DNA from: Strigamia acuminata
Lineage: Eukaryota
Assembly: GCA_949358305.1 (NCBI GenBank)
Contig: OX442314.1
Location: 21,266,001 to 21,330,000 of the forward strand
DNA length: 64,000 nucleotides
Direction: 5' to 3'
Of the stretch, positions 39,501-52,900 are shown piece by piece. Numbering within the stretch: position 1 is the first letter of the stretch; each line of letters starts with the position of its first letter. Both the position numbers and the translations under genes were made by a program. The notes under the pieces are model-generated. The model was given only the letters and a program-made list of their open reading frames with translations, was not told the DNA's origin and ran no database searches.

Positions 39501-42088
39501 GCGTTTGTAACACGATAAGTTAAAAACATTGAGTTTGCACTTGTTTTCCCCCCTGTTGTTTGAAACAGGAAACCGAAGGGGCAAAAATGTGACACCTCGA
39601 TTGCTTATATTTTGCTTGTGGAGGCCTTGACGTGCGAGAGTCACACTTGTAGTTAAGGATGCAAAGTGCAACCTTTGAGCTCTAACAGGCAATAAATTCG
39701 TGAAAACGACGGATGTGATTTAATAATGCAGTGGAAGATTAATTTTTTTATTAGTTATATTTAAATTAAATATGTTTTTATTCATTTTTAAATTCCGGTG
39801 CAGAAAAATCGAGCAAAATAAGTCGCGGCATTTATGGCATGATTTGCAACGTCTACATAATGATGTGTTGTCTCTAATGAGGGATTACAACAGTACAGCT
39901 AATCCTGCAAAGGAGGGAAGCGATTTAAGAGTTCAACAAACTCTGGTGGTAGAGAGTTGTAAGCAATTGGTGGAAAATTGGAAAAAGTAAGTTTTTTTAT
40001 TGGTTGATGATAATTTTTATTCTAAAATTTTTAAAAATTATATTTGTAGTGTAGAAAAGAAAGTAGACAATTTCAGTAATATGCTGGATGACGTATTAAA
40101 ATTGAATGCAGATTTTATCAATTTGATGGCGATGGTTTTAGGTGAAAAAATGAAGGTAATTTAAGCTAAATTACTATTATTATTTTTTTAATTAATGGAT
40201 TTTTATTTCTAGATTGTATTGGATACAATTGAAAGTCCTTACGATAAGTTTTGTCTCAAGGTTGCCATTGCTAGTTTGTCTAAATTAGCACTAGATAGCG
40301 AAGATAACTGCAAACTTATAACTGAGGTATGTTCTGTATGTTCTGAGTATTGACAGAAGATGGCGTGATTTGGCACAAGCACAAACGAAAAGTACAACAT
40401 TAAATACATTTTTTGATGTTAAAAACAATTTATAATTGAAATTTAAATGTTGCAACTTATATATCGCTATTTCAAATTTTTTCATAACAAAACAAAATAA
40501 CTTATTTTTCTTAATAATAAAAATTAAAAAAAAAAAAAAAAAAAAAAAATAGGTGAATGCCCTAACTGGTATTGTGCTTGAACAAGTGAAGACACTTATT
40601 TTCACTGAAAATTTATGACATAAAGTGCCACTGGGCTGAATGGAATTGAATAAAGGAAGACATTTAAAAAAAAAGTTGCATAGCAACGTACTACTTTTGG
40701 TTCTTTATCGACATTTTTAAAAAGCATTAAACATTAATACAAACTGATTCAGCTGCTACGGTATGTTTGACACATACCTAATGGCTTTTTTTCGCATAAA
40801 TTCTTCATTAGAATCAATTGTGCTCGTAAATTACTACCAAAACTCACATTTGTACTTAATCTAGGTAACTTCCTTAATATCCCATACAAATTGTAATTTT
40901 TAATTTTTTTTAGTATGGCGGTTTAAGATCACTTTTAAGCGTTTGCATCGACCTCAAATATTGCGAATTAAAAATCGATGCATTAAGATCATTGGCAACC
41001 GTTTGCTGCGTCATTGAAGCAATTGGTCAATTAGCAGAGGTTTGTATTATTTTTCAATAGTATAAACTGTAATTAATTATGGCACTTTGCAGATTGGCGG
41101 TGTTGAATGCGTGACGGACATTTTATGCGACGCAAAGTCCAGCAAATTGGAAAAGGCCGAAGCGGCTGGTGTAATTGCTCAAATTACCTCACCCTGGATT
41201 GAACATAACCACTTCATTCGAGGATTATCGGAGAATTTAGTCAATTTGATTGAATCCATAACGGGTGATTTGAAATTGATATGCCTCATGGGGCGAAAGT
41301 ATCGAAATAACTCAACTCTTGTTTTATTTTTGTCCCAATATAAATAGATTTAGCGAAAAACACAACTTCTGAAGAAGAGTTTTTGCTGTCCGTTGCTGCT
41401 TTGGCTAACATCACGTTTTTGGACACCAAAGCATGTTTTTGCTTGAAAACTTTCAACACGCCAATTATTCTGATCGATGCTTGCAGACGCAGGAAATTAG
41501 CCGAATCTGTTTTTATTAAAGATCAAATAGCCACCATTTTGGCTAATCTTGTGGCGGTATCTGACTGTCGAAACTCTGTAACTGACTGCGAAGGAGTGGT
41601 TTTGCTTCTGTGTTTCCTTCAAGTTCGACCCAACATGGTGCAAACGCAAGCGGAAACTGATGCGTGTGAAAGAGTGCAACAGAAATCTGCTATTGCTTTG
41701 TCTAGATTATGCACCGAGGAAAAAATTGCCAAAGATGTTATCAGATTGCAAGGTGATGTGTTTAATTATTGAAAAATTATTCAAAAATAGTTTGGTTTGA
41801 GATTTTTTTTTTATTATTTCTTCAGGTGTTAACAGATTGGTGCAGTTGTGCAAAGATGAGAGAGAGAGGAATCAAAGTGATGCTGTTTTAGTCGCTTGTC
41901 TCGTAAGTGGTTTATGAAAAATCTTGACTAATGAACGTATACGTAATTTGAGTTTGTTTTTACAGGCTGCTTTACGGAAAATCGCATCTTCTTGCCGGAT
42001 CGATTTCAAAGATGCCAAGGAATTGATTGAACCACGACTTTTGGATTCTTTTTTATTGTGTTCATCCAGACAGGAAAGTTTTGTTTAG
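36553..42088 (+). CDS. insc: Inscuteable (spindle-orientation adaptor)
   Basis: Exons 36553-37247, 39173-39321, 39387-39450, 39804-39986, 40050-40155, 40213-40326, 40914-41039, 41093-41264, 41348-41752, 41826-41902, 41966-42088. It has the LGN/Pins-binding motif WLQDVRVMTEVECNNMLQNKAI, ARM-like motifs (ALRSLATVCCV, EAAGVIAQITSP, ACERVQQKSAIALSRLC, ERNQSDAVLVACLAALRKI) and a C-terminal PDZ ligand QESFV. An in-frame stop upstream fixes the ATG. Confidence 0.93.
37325..37499. mobile_element. Tc1/mariner MITE, copy 2 (left end eroded), in insc intron
   Basis: Aligns by eye along its length with 3214-3387 and ends GAGTTTCGACTG-TA. Confidence 0.85.
37655..37800. repeat. 21-bp tandem repeat, probably inside a degenerate hAT-like element (~37543-37877)
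   Basis: About 7 copies of TTCAATTTTTGACCATAAACR. The flanks GGGATGGATCCA / TGTATCCGGCCC resemble TIRs. This repeat explains the spurious KLNVYGQ ORF. Confidence 0.8.
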
Positions 42089-43952
42089 TTTAGAAAAATA
42101 CGTTGGACTTATAACTTATTTTTACAAATTTTTGTTTAATAAGCGAAGTAAAAATGTATACTTTATGATGTACTCGTCTTTATCTGTGTTTGTTGTTACG
42201 TGTGATCGACATTTGTCTGACAAAGCAGAAAACACGCATCTTGCACTATTGGCACATATAATAGAGTGCCTCAAGGTACTTTGGGGCACGGAAAACTTTG
42301 TTTTATTATTCTGAGATCATAAATTTGCGCGAACATAAAATCACATGATTTTTGTATTTGGATATTCCATATATATCGCAATTGTATTTAGTGCAGTCGG
42401 AGGTTAAATGATGTTAGGGAAAATGAGATTCCCTGTGTCAATTTAAATAGAAATAGTATTGCTGAGCTCCGCACACGGAAAAGGTATCTGAAAAATAACG
42501 TTCCATTATTTCTATGATCTCCAGGCGATCAATATTCATCGGTATGGCCACAACGTTCGCTCGAAATAGCAATTTGCCCGACTTGGTTGGATAGCTCCGG
42601 GTTTCACCTCAGCTTCACACAGCTTGTTCAATCCAGTTGAATGTGTAAAGATTTAACAATTCCTTTTGCTTGGTCAAATTGGAAACGTTATTTTTTTTTC
42701 TCGTTCTTTTTGCATATAAATATCTCGGTGAATTAGTCGAAACAAAATACACAAAATAAACAAAAAAATTGACATTTTATTTGCTATAGTTAAAATCACA
42801 GGCATTGTATTAACTAAAAGGTGTAACATAAATTCAAAATAACAGCCTGAGTACGAACATCTGCAATTGTTTTTGACACCATTCAACAACCACTGGATAC
42901 TAATCTAGACACACATAAAATACATGGGTTGATTCTTTCTTTACACAACAATATATATCGCCTACAAGTAGAAAAAATTCTTGCATTGTATAATAAGATC
43001 ACAAATGACAAGAACTTAAATGTGACCTTTAGTTTATCGTTTTTTTTTTTCTTTCTCTCTTCGCTTTTTTTTTGTAGTCTTTAACAAAATAACTTTCTCA
43101 AATTATAATACATTGATTGAGTTTTTGGTGGTCCGTTTTTTGAACTTTCCTAAAAACTATATAGCTAGAGCTGTATATGAATAAATAGGCGTACTTATTA
43201 AATTAGTTGATGAATTAATACTATATCTGTATTGGTAAAATAATAACGACGAAGCATTCAAAAACTGTACAACCTTTTTCTATGTATAAAATAATTAAAC
43301 CCTTGCACGTAAAGCCATTTAGGGCAAACAAACTCTTAAATATAATAACGTAATGTAATGATAATAATTAGCTATTTACAATAATTTAAGGCTATTTTTT
43401 TTTTAAATCTGAGGTTTTTTTTTGTCTAGACAATGAATAAGAAGAAATTCTACAATGTTTAACGTTGGTTTTTGTGTTTTTTTTTCTTTTTTGTTTTTCT
43501 CAACATAGCTCAATTAAATCCAGTCTAGAATTATCATATAAATATAGGATAACATTTTAGAAGTCTACGCAAAATAGAACATCTTCAGAATATTTCTAAA
43601 GTCTATATTTTTAGTGTTTAAATATTTGTATATATTAAAATTTTTCCATTTTTTTTTCTTTTCTTTACATTTTTTCTCTGATTTTACGTTTTTTCCTTTT
43701 TTAAAAAGGAAACAATGAACGTTTAAGATTTTTTTTTTTATTAAAAAAAAAAATCTCATTTTAAAAATTTGTGTCGTTGTTCATTTATTTGTTAAGTCCC
43801 TTAAAAGGCTCCAATGGTCCTGGTAAAGTCGCTCGTTTTACGAAAGCCAAATGCTTTTTCTTTGTTTTTATTTCAAGTTCGTGAAACCTGTTTCTCGATT
43901 TTTTTGTTATTTGATTTGATGTTTATTTTTTTATATATTTTTTTAAAATATT

Positions 43953-46900
43953 TTACTCTGGTTTCAATCGATGCCATTGGGTGATAGTTTGGCGCGGTTT
44001 GTTGATCATCTCGTTCCAATGTTTGGATTCGGTTACTCCTCCTTTGCTACATAGTAAAATTTTCCCAATCAGTTCATTTCGTCCCACAGAATCGAAATCC
44101 ATGACTGATACTAATAGCGACGTTTCTCGTAGACGTTCCCAGGGAACGTTGAACGTAAAAGATTCGTTGTAGCTGGGATTGAGCGAGCGCTTGATAATGA
44201 AAGTCTTCTTTTTTTCTACTTTCTTGTCGCCGTGCTGCAGCCATACTTTGACATAGGGATCTAAAGAAAAAATTACAAATTACAAATAAAAATATATTTT
44301 AAAAAAATATTTTGAAATTAACCGAGCAAGTTGTAATTCAATTTGACAACTGAAAGAGTTCGCAGTGTGTGAATTTTTTTAAATTTAAATTTTTACTTTT
44401 TTCAAGAAATAACATGATGAATGATACTTTTTCAGCTGTCATGTTCTTAAATAGGTAATAAAAATCTGAAATTGATCATTAGAAGAAGACATGCATTCAC
44501 GGACACATGTTCGATTTTTGTGAAGCCTTTTTCAGTTGAAATAGTTTGAGAATTTTTTTTCTTTAGTTGTGCTGTAGAAGTAGAAAAGACGGAAATCAAT
44601 AGTGGATAACGAGGGACTCTGATATATCTTATTCCCTAAGGAGTGGAGTTTAGTTTTAAAGTGGAAAACCATTTTTTGAAACGCTATAAGCCTATTGTTC
44701 GGTCTAATATGGCTATGCAAGATAACATGTATGTAATACATGTAATACGGTATCGTGATTAAAACCGAGGAATTAAACAATAAGAAACGTGAATTCTTAT
44801 TTAAATTAGAAATAAAGTCTAGTTTAGATTTTCTAATTTATTAAATTTATCACATTTTCCCCTGGAGCTTCGCTGCCGTACATTTAAAATGACATTTCTC
44901 GCAAATCCCACAGGAAATATAAATTTTATTATGACGCTTATCTGAAAAATTTAGCGAGAGAAATTATTTTTATTTCATTGTATAACTCAAGTCGTTTCTC
45001 ATTCCCCCTTTTTAAAATTTAAATTTCTGATTATTGGGCATTTCATATGTTTGGAACCCATTTATTTAAATTGATTGTTCTCAAAGTAGCTGTTTAAATG
45101 TTAATATCTTGGGATTATTCAATCTATTAAAAAGCATTCTTCTGCTACTATTCGTAACGATAATACTATGATAATAATCTTTTTGAAAATGGTTCTATCA
45201 CAAAGAATTTCACTCGAATATTGCAGGGAGATAAAATAGAACTAACTATATAATATAATATAATTTGGATAGAAATACAGTTGTCATTGCACTAATATTA
45301 GTTAATTTAATTTTTTAAAAAAAATAATTTTCATATAATATAAACACCGAATGAGTCAATAATGCTTCCATCTGGTTGTCCCATTTGCATCACTTCTCTT
45401 TATTCATTCTAGCACTAAAAGCTAATTTAAAAATCATTAGCACAACTCGTTATTAAATGGCAATGGTAAATCAATATGTGATCAAGATTCAGAGAACCAT
45501 CACGTAATATTTTAACCAAAATGTGATCTACATAAAGTGCAAATTCCTCGTTGCGCTCGTTCGGCCAATTAAAACCAAATTTTAAATTGAATCGGCTATT
45601 AGAGGTCCATCATTATAATGTTCGTTTCGGTTTCTCATGATTGAAACAGCAGGAAAGAGCAAAGCTGGATGGTACTTTATAATTTTTGGTTTTGAATAAC
45701 ATATCCAGTAATACGACACAATTACTTTGTTATTCTTATGTAATAGGTGTGACCAATCGCAAATATATCGGACAAGCACTCTTAAAGCACTCAAGGCTCT
45801 TATAGCACTGGCATAGATAATTGTATTTTAATGTGCAAGTGGTTTAAGTTGTATTCGGTAAAGTTTCAAGGCAGCTGCAGTCACTAATTTGAATGTCATG
45901 CAATGAAGTGTAACGTGTGTATTCAAATAAAATGTATGATTTTTTGGTGGTACATTTATATGATCCTTGCAAGTTGCATTTTACGACAAGAAAGTTGTGC
46001 GCCACAGAACGATGAGAATAGAGTTACAACGTGGTTTTTTCGTTTAAGAAAGAAGTGAATTTATATTCAAATTATGACTTTCAGAAAAGACCAAACCACC
46101 TGATGACAATTGCTGTAGAAATGAGGGTAAATTGCAACTTTTCGAGCGTGTTCTTGTTATTTCCTTTTCTTTGTAATGTGGATGAAAGTCAAAATAAGGC
46201 TCTACGTCTAATTTAAAAGAAAAAAATAAGTTGAAGAATGGTTAAATAAAAGGAAGAAGAAACTAAACCGAAAACAATTTTTACAAATATATTACGTTAG
46301 TCCATTCTTGAAAAAAAATTGATTTTAAATGTTTAACAGCCTGATTTATTTCAAACTCCTTGACAACATGACTCTTACGGCTCCAAGTGCCATTAGATAA
46401 ATCAAAAGGAATATTAGGACTCGTGCCAACAAAAGATTTTCTCCTCTCAAATTGGCAGTCAATAACCGTTAAATTGAGACCAGTGGCGGAAAAGCTCTTG
46501 CTTTTATTCGTATATAGTCAATAAGGCACGTCAGTTTTATTGTCACTTCATGTTACACAACCATTTAGTTTGAGAAAAAAATAGTCAATCTTCTACTAGT
46601 TCATTCAAATCACTTTTAATTAGATTAATATGTGTCACACTTAGTTCATTCATCACAGGAAATTTGGACATGTCTAAACATTTATTGTTTTGATAAAGAA
46701 AAAGAAAATTACAGTAATAAAAGTCGAAGGAAATTGATCTCATCACTCAAATTCATTTAAAATTAAGTTCCTTCATGAGAATAGCCTAATGAGTGGAAAA
46801 AAACTCTCACTTATTACGTGATAACTTTTGTTTCTTTCAGCTAAATTGTTTTGTACTTTTTTTTTTTTAGTTTTATCTGTTTTCATTTGCATCGTGCACT

Positions 46901-49900
46901 AAATCGAGTACCCTTTTTTCCACGCAATAAACATGTTTGTCAGTCATTAATCGTTCACTTTTGCCCAGAGCTCAGTTTTATTCTCCGATCAAAATTAATT
47001 TAGAAGAGTCAAGGATAGACAAGACTTTGGTACAAATTTAATTTGTCGGGGAAATGCACTCAAGCTGCATACCCAATATATATGTTACAAGGTATATTGC
47101 TTTTCACATAATGCATTCCAAAATGAATAGCATTTGTGGAATTAAGAATATTATTTGTAGCCTACATTAAATAATGCATTTCATAATACATTGCACCGTA
47201 TCATCATTTGCAAACCAATGGCATGCAAAAATGTTTTACAAAATGCATTCTCATGAAACCTAATGCATTTCAAAATACATTGCAATGTAATTTCAATATA
47301 TTTTTGAACCATGGGTAATGAGGAAGGGCAAATGATAAACAACGAACAGTTTTTTTTTAAAAAGTGTCCAGATTTCCTGGTTGTGACTACAGTTACACGA
47401 TATTATTTACATTCTCAGTCCCTTACCTGATTTCCCAGTGATGTCTTTTGCCTTCAGATTTCGGGCTTTTACTATGGTAATAGTCAGCTGACTATTTGTG
47501 GGATGATAGCAAAGGGATACCAACAATTCACCGCATTTATCCTATAAAAATAATAATGAATTTAAATGAATTTATAAAATAAAGTTTAAAAAATAACCTT
47601 GAGCAGAGGTTTTAGGGCTTTCCAAAAAACGGGTTTCTCAGATAAATCCACTTGACATAGGGGGACATGTACTTCACCAATCGAATCATCGCGGCTGAAC
47701 CTATCGTAGTCGAATACGTGTAAATGTAGAACTCGATTTTGTAATTTTTGAACAGGAAAACCTTAAATTGTACAGAAAATAAGCACGTAATAAACATACC
47801 GTAACACAAATTAATTGGCATTCGTATTAAATATATCACCTTCGAAATAAAATGTTTCGTTCCAGCGAGGATGTAATGTCCGGCGTTTAATTTTAGTTTC
47901 CAATCGGTGTTTTTTATCGGGTAAAAGAGTCACTCGAACATAGGGGTCGCTGGTTCCAGATAGATCTTTGGCTGGGATTTCTTTGGCCTAAAAATAGATT
48001 AATTAGAGGTAACTAAGTATTCCATCTCCAGGCAGGCCATACTGTGTTTCCGATCGATCAAAAAACATTAGAGTTAGAACATAATTAAATTAAATAACGC
48101 CCAGTTGCAGTTTGGTAATTTAAAATACAAAACATTCTAGTTTAATATTTAAATTTACGGGAAAAATTAGAATTTGAGTTTAAAATCTTTTTTTTAATTT
48201 ATTTTTTTATATATTTTATTTTATTTTATATGTGGTCAATGTGGAGAGTCCAGATTTTGTGTTATATAAATAAAAATAAATCACGAGTGCTCTGATAAGA
48301 AAGGATTTGCTAATATTATTATCTTCTAAATTAATCAAAGCTATTATGAGCCTAATAATAGCTTTGATTAATTTAGAAGATAATTCAAAGACAATAAAAA
48401 TGTTAACATTTCTATTGAATAAACCGTTTAATTAAGTGTCTCTGAAGGTTTTACAAACGAATGCATTGCAAATTAGTAAGTTTCAAAAGAGCATTTGTTG
48501 TGAGTTGGAAAAGAGAGTAAAGTGGATTATTAAAGCTGAGCTCGAAATCGGAAGATTGAAAATCAATGAGTAAAAACTTTTAATGAAAATACATTCATGT
48601 ATGTAAACTTAAATTTTATTTTTCTAAAAAAAAAAATTTAAAATTGTAATTTTATTTTCTATTATTTCTGGATTATACATTTACCAAGCAAATCAATGAT
48701 GTGAAGTAGGTCATGTAGAGATAACAGAACCAAATGTTACTATAGCAATAAATAGTTCTCACGAATTTATTTTTCACTGAAAAGAAATCCAATGTCCGTA
48801 ATCCTGACTCTTCAGCTGGTACAGGATTGTGTGGCAAAATTACACGTTAACAGCGCATGCGTTCTTTGAAATTTAAGGCATCTATCTTTTAATTAACTCC
48901 GGTTTGTGTGAAAGCGAAAAATAGAGAAAAGAAATCACGTTCAATAATTAAATAGCGAGAAGCGACGTCTGAAGTGCAAATAACCTAATAAATAAAGTTG
49001 TTTTCAATCACTTTTAACAAATGACTAGATTCTGTACAGCTGCTCAATCTAGCAGCTGAATGATTCATCAGCAAGCAACGCGAGCAAACGACGAGTTCGG
49101 ACATGTGGTCAAATGTTTCCATTATCGGTAATTTCTCTCAGCCTTTAACCAAAAGGTTGACTCAGGAGAATAATGTGATGGGTTTATCACACAGAATTAC
49201 TTTATATCGTCTTTTCCTAATCTAGGTCTCACGAAAAAGCTTTTACGAAGTTCGTTTGGATCTGATCCGCTTTGAATTGCAAATGGCGCCCGTGTAAAAT
49301 CATACCAGACAATGCTTTCAATTCTTTGTTACGGAGTATCATTTTAAATTTGGTTATAAATGATTCATTTATAGCCAAAACTTGGAAAGTTTCGACCATG
49401 ATTTCGATCCTGACAGGTAAATTTTATTTTTTATTTAAATATTAAGGTTAGTGTGTGCTAATTGTTCATATTTACAATAATTACACTTGAAATTCTGAGT
49501 TTATTCTCTCTCTACAGAGAGAAAAATTTGTCAAGTTGGGTTGTGGTTACGGGTGATAAAAAAAACAACCTTAAATTTTTTGAATTTGTCTAATTGCATT
49601 AGAATTAAAGGTCAAGTGCACAGAGTATAAAAAAAAATATTAACTTACTTTAAAAAATAAATAAATAAATAAAACTTTTGCCAGCCATTTTACTTTAAAT
49701 CATTCCCAAAACATGACCTGTAGGTTTTGTAGCATTGGGATGTGTCATCGTGGAATTCAATTTCCATAGCAAGCTTGACTTCGCCGAAACCAAGCTTTTG
49801 AACTTGGATATGCAGATATAATTCCCCAACAATCTAACGACCACTTGAGTGGCTACTATGAAATAAAATACTTCCCACTCACTACAATATTGCTGCTCTT

Positions 49901-52900
49901 TTTAAGACAAAAGATAAAACAAAATACGAGCTCTACATGATTTATTCACAGCTCAACATGCCATTTCACAGTAAAATGTAAAACCCATAGTTGCACTAAA
50001 ATCAGTATGAACTCTCTGCTCTGTCTCCTACATCAAAAGTGCCGCTTACGATTTACTTTAAGCCGTGTCAAACAAAAATCGATTTTTCAGGTAAATAGAT
50101 ATTAGTTTGTTGTGTGTTAATAAATTGCTATGCAAGGTCGGATATTTTAGCACCCTGCCAAGCACGGCCAAATGGCCGGCCCTAGAAAATTAAAGGGCCC
50201 CTTTTAGCAAAATATTGAGCTGCTAATACCGGGCCAATAAGGTTCAGTTTGTTCAATTGCCTTTTAAGGCAACCATTTTTTGTTTTTTAAAAATATTTTA
50301 TTTCCAAGTTTCTTTATAACTTATTTTCCTTACAAGATATGTCAAAGTGGAAATGAAAATTTATTTCTCGGCTGTGTAATTTATTATGGATGGCACTGCC
50401 TCATCCTTGGTCTTAAATTGGCTGTTTTTAATTTCCGAATGCAACTATTGTTAACCTTAACCGAATTAGAGCGTTTCCATTTTCTGCATGAAAGGAAAAG
50501 CAGCTTAGCAACATAATTCTTTGACATTTTTAATTCACTTGTGTCGCCAATTAATCAGGTTGATAGAATTTTGATACTAAAGCTTTTTTCAAAAATCATC
50601 GACCATCTTGTTTCACTCAATTACAATATTCATCAAGGATGAAAAGCAAATAAAGTTGTCCCTTCATTCAACATTACTTAGTTTGTGGGTCCACTTTCTG
50701 CCTATGTATGATAACCGTCTAGCGATGATACATAGTTTAAATATATGTGTATTGTAACGTATTATTTACATTTAGCATGGTCAGTGTTATTAGGTCATGC
50801 GAGCAGCAATCTGTGGGACGACTTTCTTGAGAACCGAACCCTACAACTGGGAAAACCACAGAAAACTCAGTTGGAGGCATGTGGCAGATGTTCTTGCTCT
50901 AGAAACAGTAGCTTAGTCAGACAAGGTTGAGAAACAACTAAGATTCCCAACAGGTTACCCATCTAAGAACTGTCTAGACCAGCGGTGTCCAACCCGCGGC
51001 TTGTGGGTCGCATGTGGCCCAGGATTAAAATTAGGACTATTATGCAAGGACTTTTTTGTTTATTTGTGGTGGTGAATATCAAGAAAAGTATACATTGGCA
51101 TTTTTTTTGCTTGTCAACTATTGTTAGTGGAATGTTTGGCACTTCATTTTCTTACATTGTGAATTTGTGACGCGCAATGCGCATAGTGCCTCCTATATAA
51201 TTCAATAGGTGCGTTTAATCTGGGTTAGAAGAAGTGACTTTCACTTTCCTTCCTTTCCTCAAAGTCACTTTTTATTGAATGCACTTACTTACCACCAGAC
51301 TTCCATTTCCATTTACCGTGTGCCACACGTGAATTTACCGTGTGCCACACCTGTGAATTTACGTGTGTTCATCGAGAACAAAATGGCTGCCACTGTAGCT
51401 TTGTTAAATGTGCAATGCGCATGCGCACGCACATAAGTGACTTCTAAAAGGTGGAAAAGGAACTTTCCAGTTACTTTCCTGAAAGTCACATAAGTGACTT
51501 TACTTGGTCAAAATGTGACATAATTATTGTCACTTCCGCCCTCTGAAAGGCAGTTAAGTCAGTTAAGTGACTTTCTACTAGCAGATTGAACGCACCTTAT
51601 GTTAAATAAATACTTATGCAAATTCAGTACATTTGACTGGTCACTTTCCTGACTCCATCCATTAGTCTCCAGCTACTTCAATACAATCAAACACAAGAAA
51701 CAACAAATGTGCAGCCCAAGACAATCCCTCTTCCTCCAATGTGGCCCGGGAAAGCCGAGTTGTTTGACACCCCTGGTCTAGATCCAATGCTGGCTAACGC
51801 CTGGGTTCAAATGGAAACATGTGACGAGCATGGTGAGCCGTTCCTAACCACTTTAATACGTAATTTAAAATTTTCGTGCACATGGTGCAGAATATCGGTA
51901 CGCATCTGTTGTTCAGGTCACGACTGTGGTAAGTTGGAGGTTAATAATTAAATCTTCATATCCCCCTCTCACATTCTTCGCCTTTCTCAAATTTCAGAGT
52001 AGCCGCTCGTCTTCACTGGCAGAGCTCGCTTACTCCTTGACACAAGTGTGTTGCGGCTACCAAGTCCATACTTGATAAAATTGATTTGATTAAATATTCT
52101 TTCCTGTCTATTCTTTTCTCCATCATGTTCTCTTATGTCATGACGTCAGGGACAATGTAATGACCTTTTGCAGCATGCTGGTCAAATGCTGATGAGGAAG
52201 AAATGTTAGTATTTGACCTTTGCCATTTGTCATAGGAGATTCAACGGCAAGCTGATGTTGGTTAAATGGGAAAGAAGTGGACTGTAAGGTGATACATGGC
52301 AGGGCTGTGTGCTTATTAAAACATTTCTCCAATTAATGGATCGGAAAGCTAGAGCTTTAACCAATAAACAAACATTTGTGCTGCAAATATTGGATAATTA
52401 AATTGGGTAATTAAAAAATACCCACTGGTACCATCTGGGTGAAGTTAGGATAGCAAGGTTAACCTCTTTCTATTTTATTACTGCTTTGAAAGCAAAATAT
52501 CCAAATCTAGCTTGCTGCGATGCGTTATTCATTCACAACACGGACAAGACCCGTTGTTTTGTTACAATAGCAAGAACAGCTTGTCTTTAATACAATCAGC
52601 CTCGCTGTGAGTAAATTTGTGGGGTTATTCTGCAAGAACATAGAGCCAAATTTCATTCGAAAGGAAGAAGTGCATAGTTTGCGCGTCCAACATACGAAAA
52701 CGAATTAAAACAATTCAAAAACGAAAATTTCTGAATAATGGGCGAAGATATTTGTTCAAAAATTACAACTACACAGGTAGAAAATACAATATATTCCATA
52801 TGTAAGTTTTAATCTAAAACTAATGTAATAAATGAATAATCCAAAAACAGAGGATTCTTTTACGACTTAAGACGTGCAGACGTAAACAGAAACATTTTCG

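Noticed and set aside
44414..44469. C/D snoRNA-like boxes ATGATGA..CTGA
   Set aside because: It is antisense to the host Syt7 intron, short, and has no terminal stem or recognisable guide.
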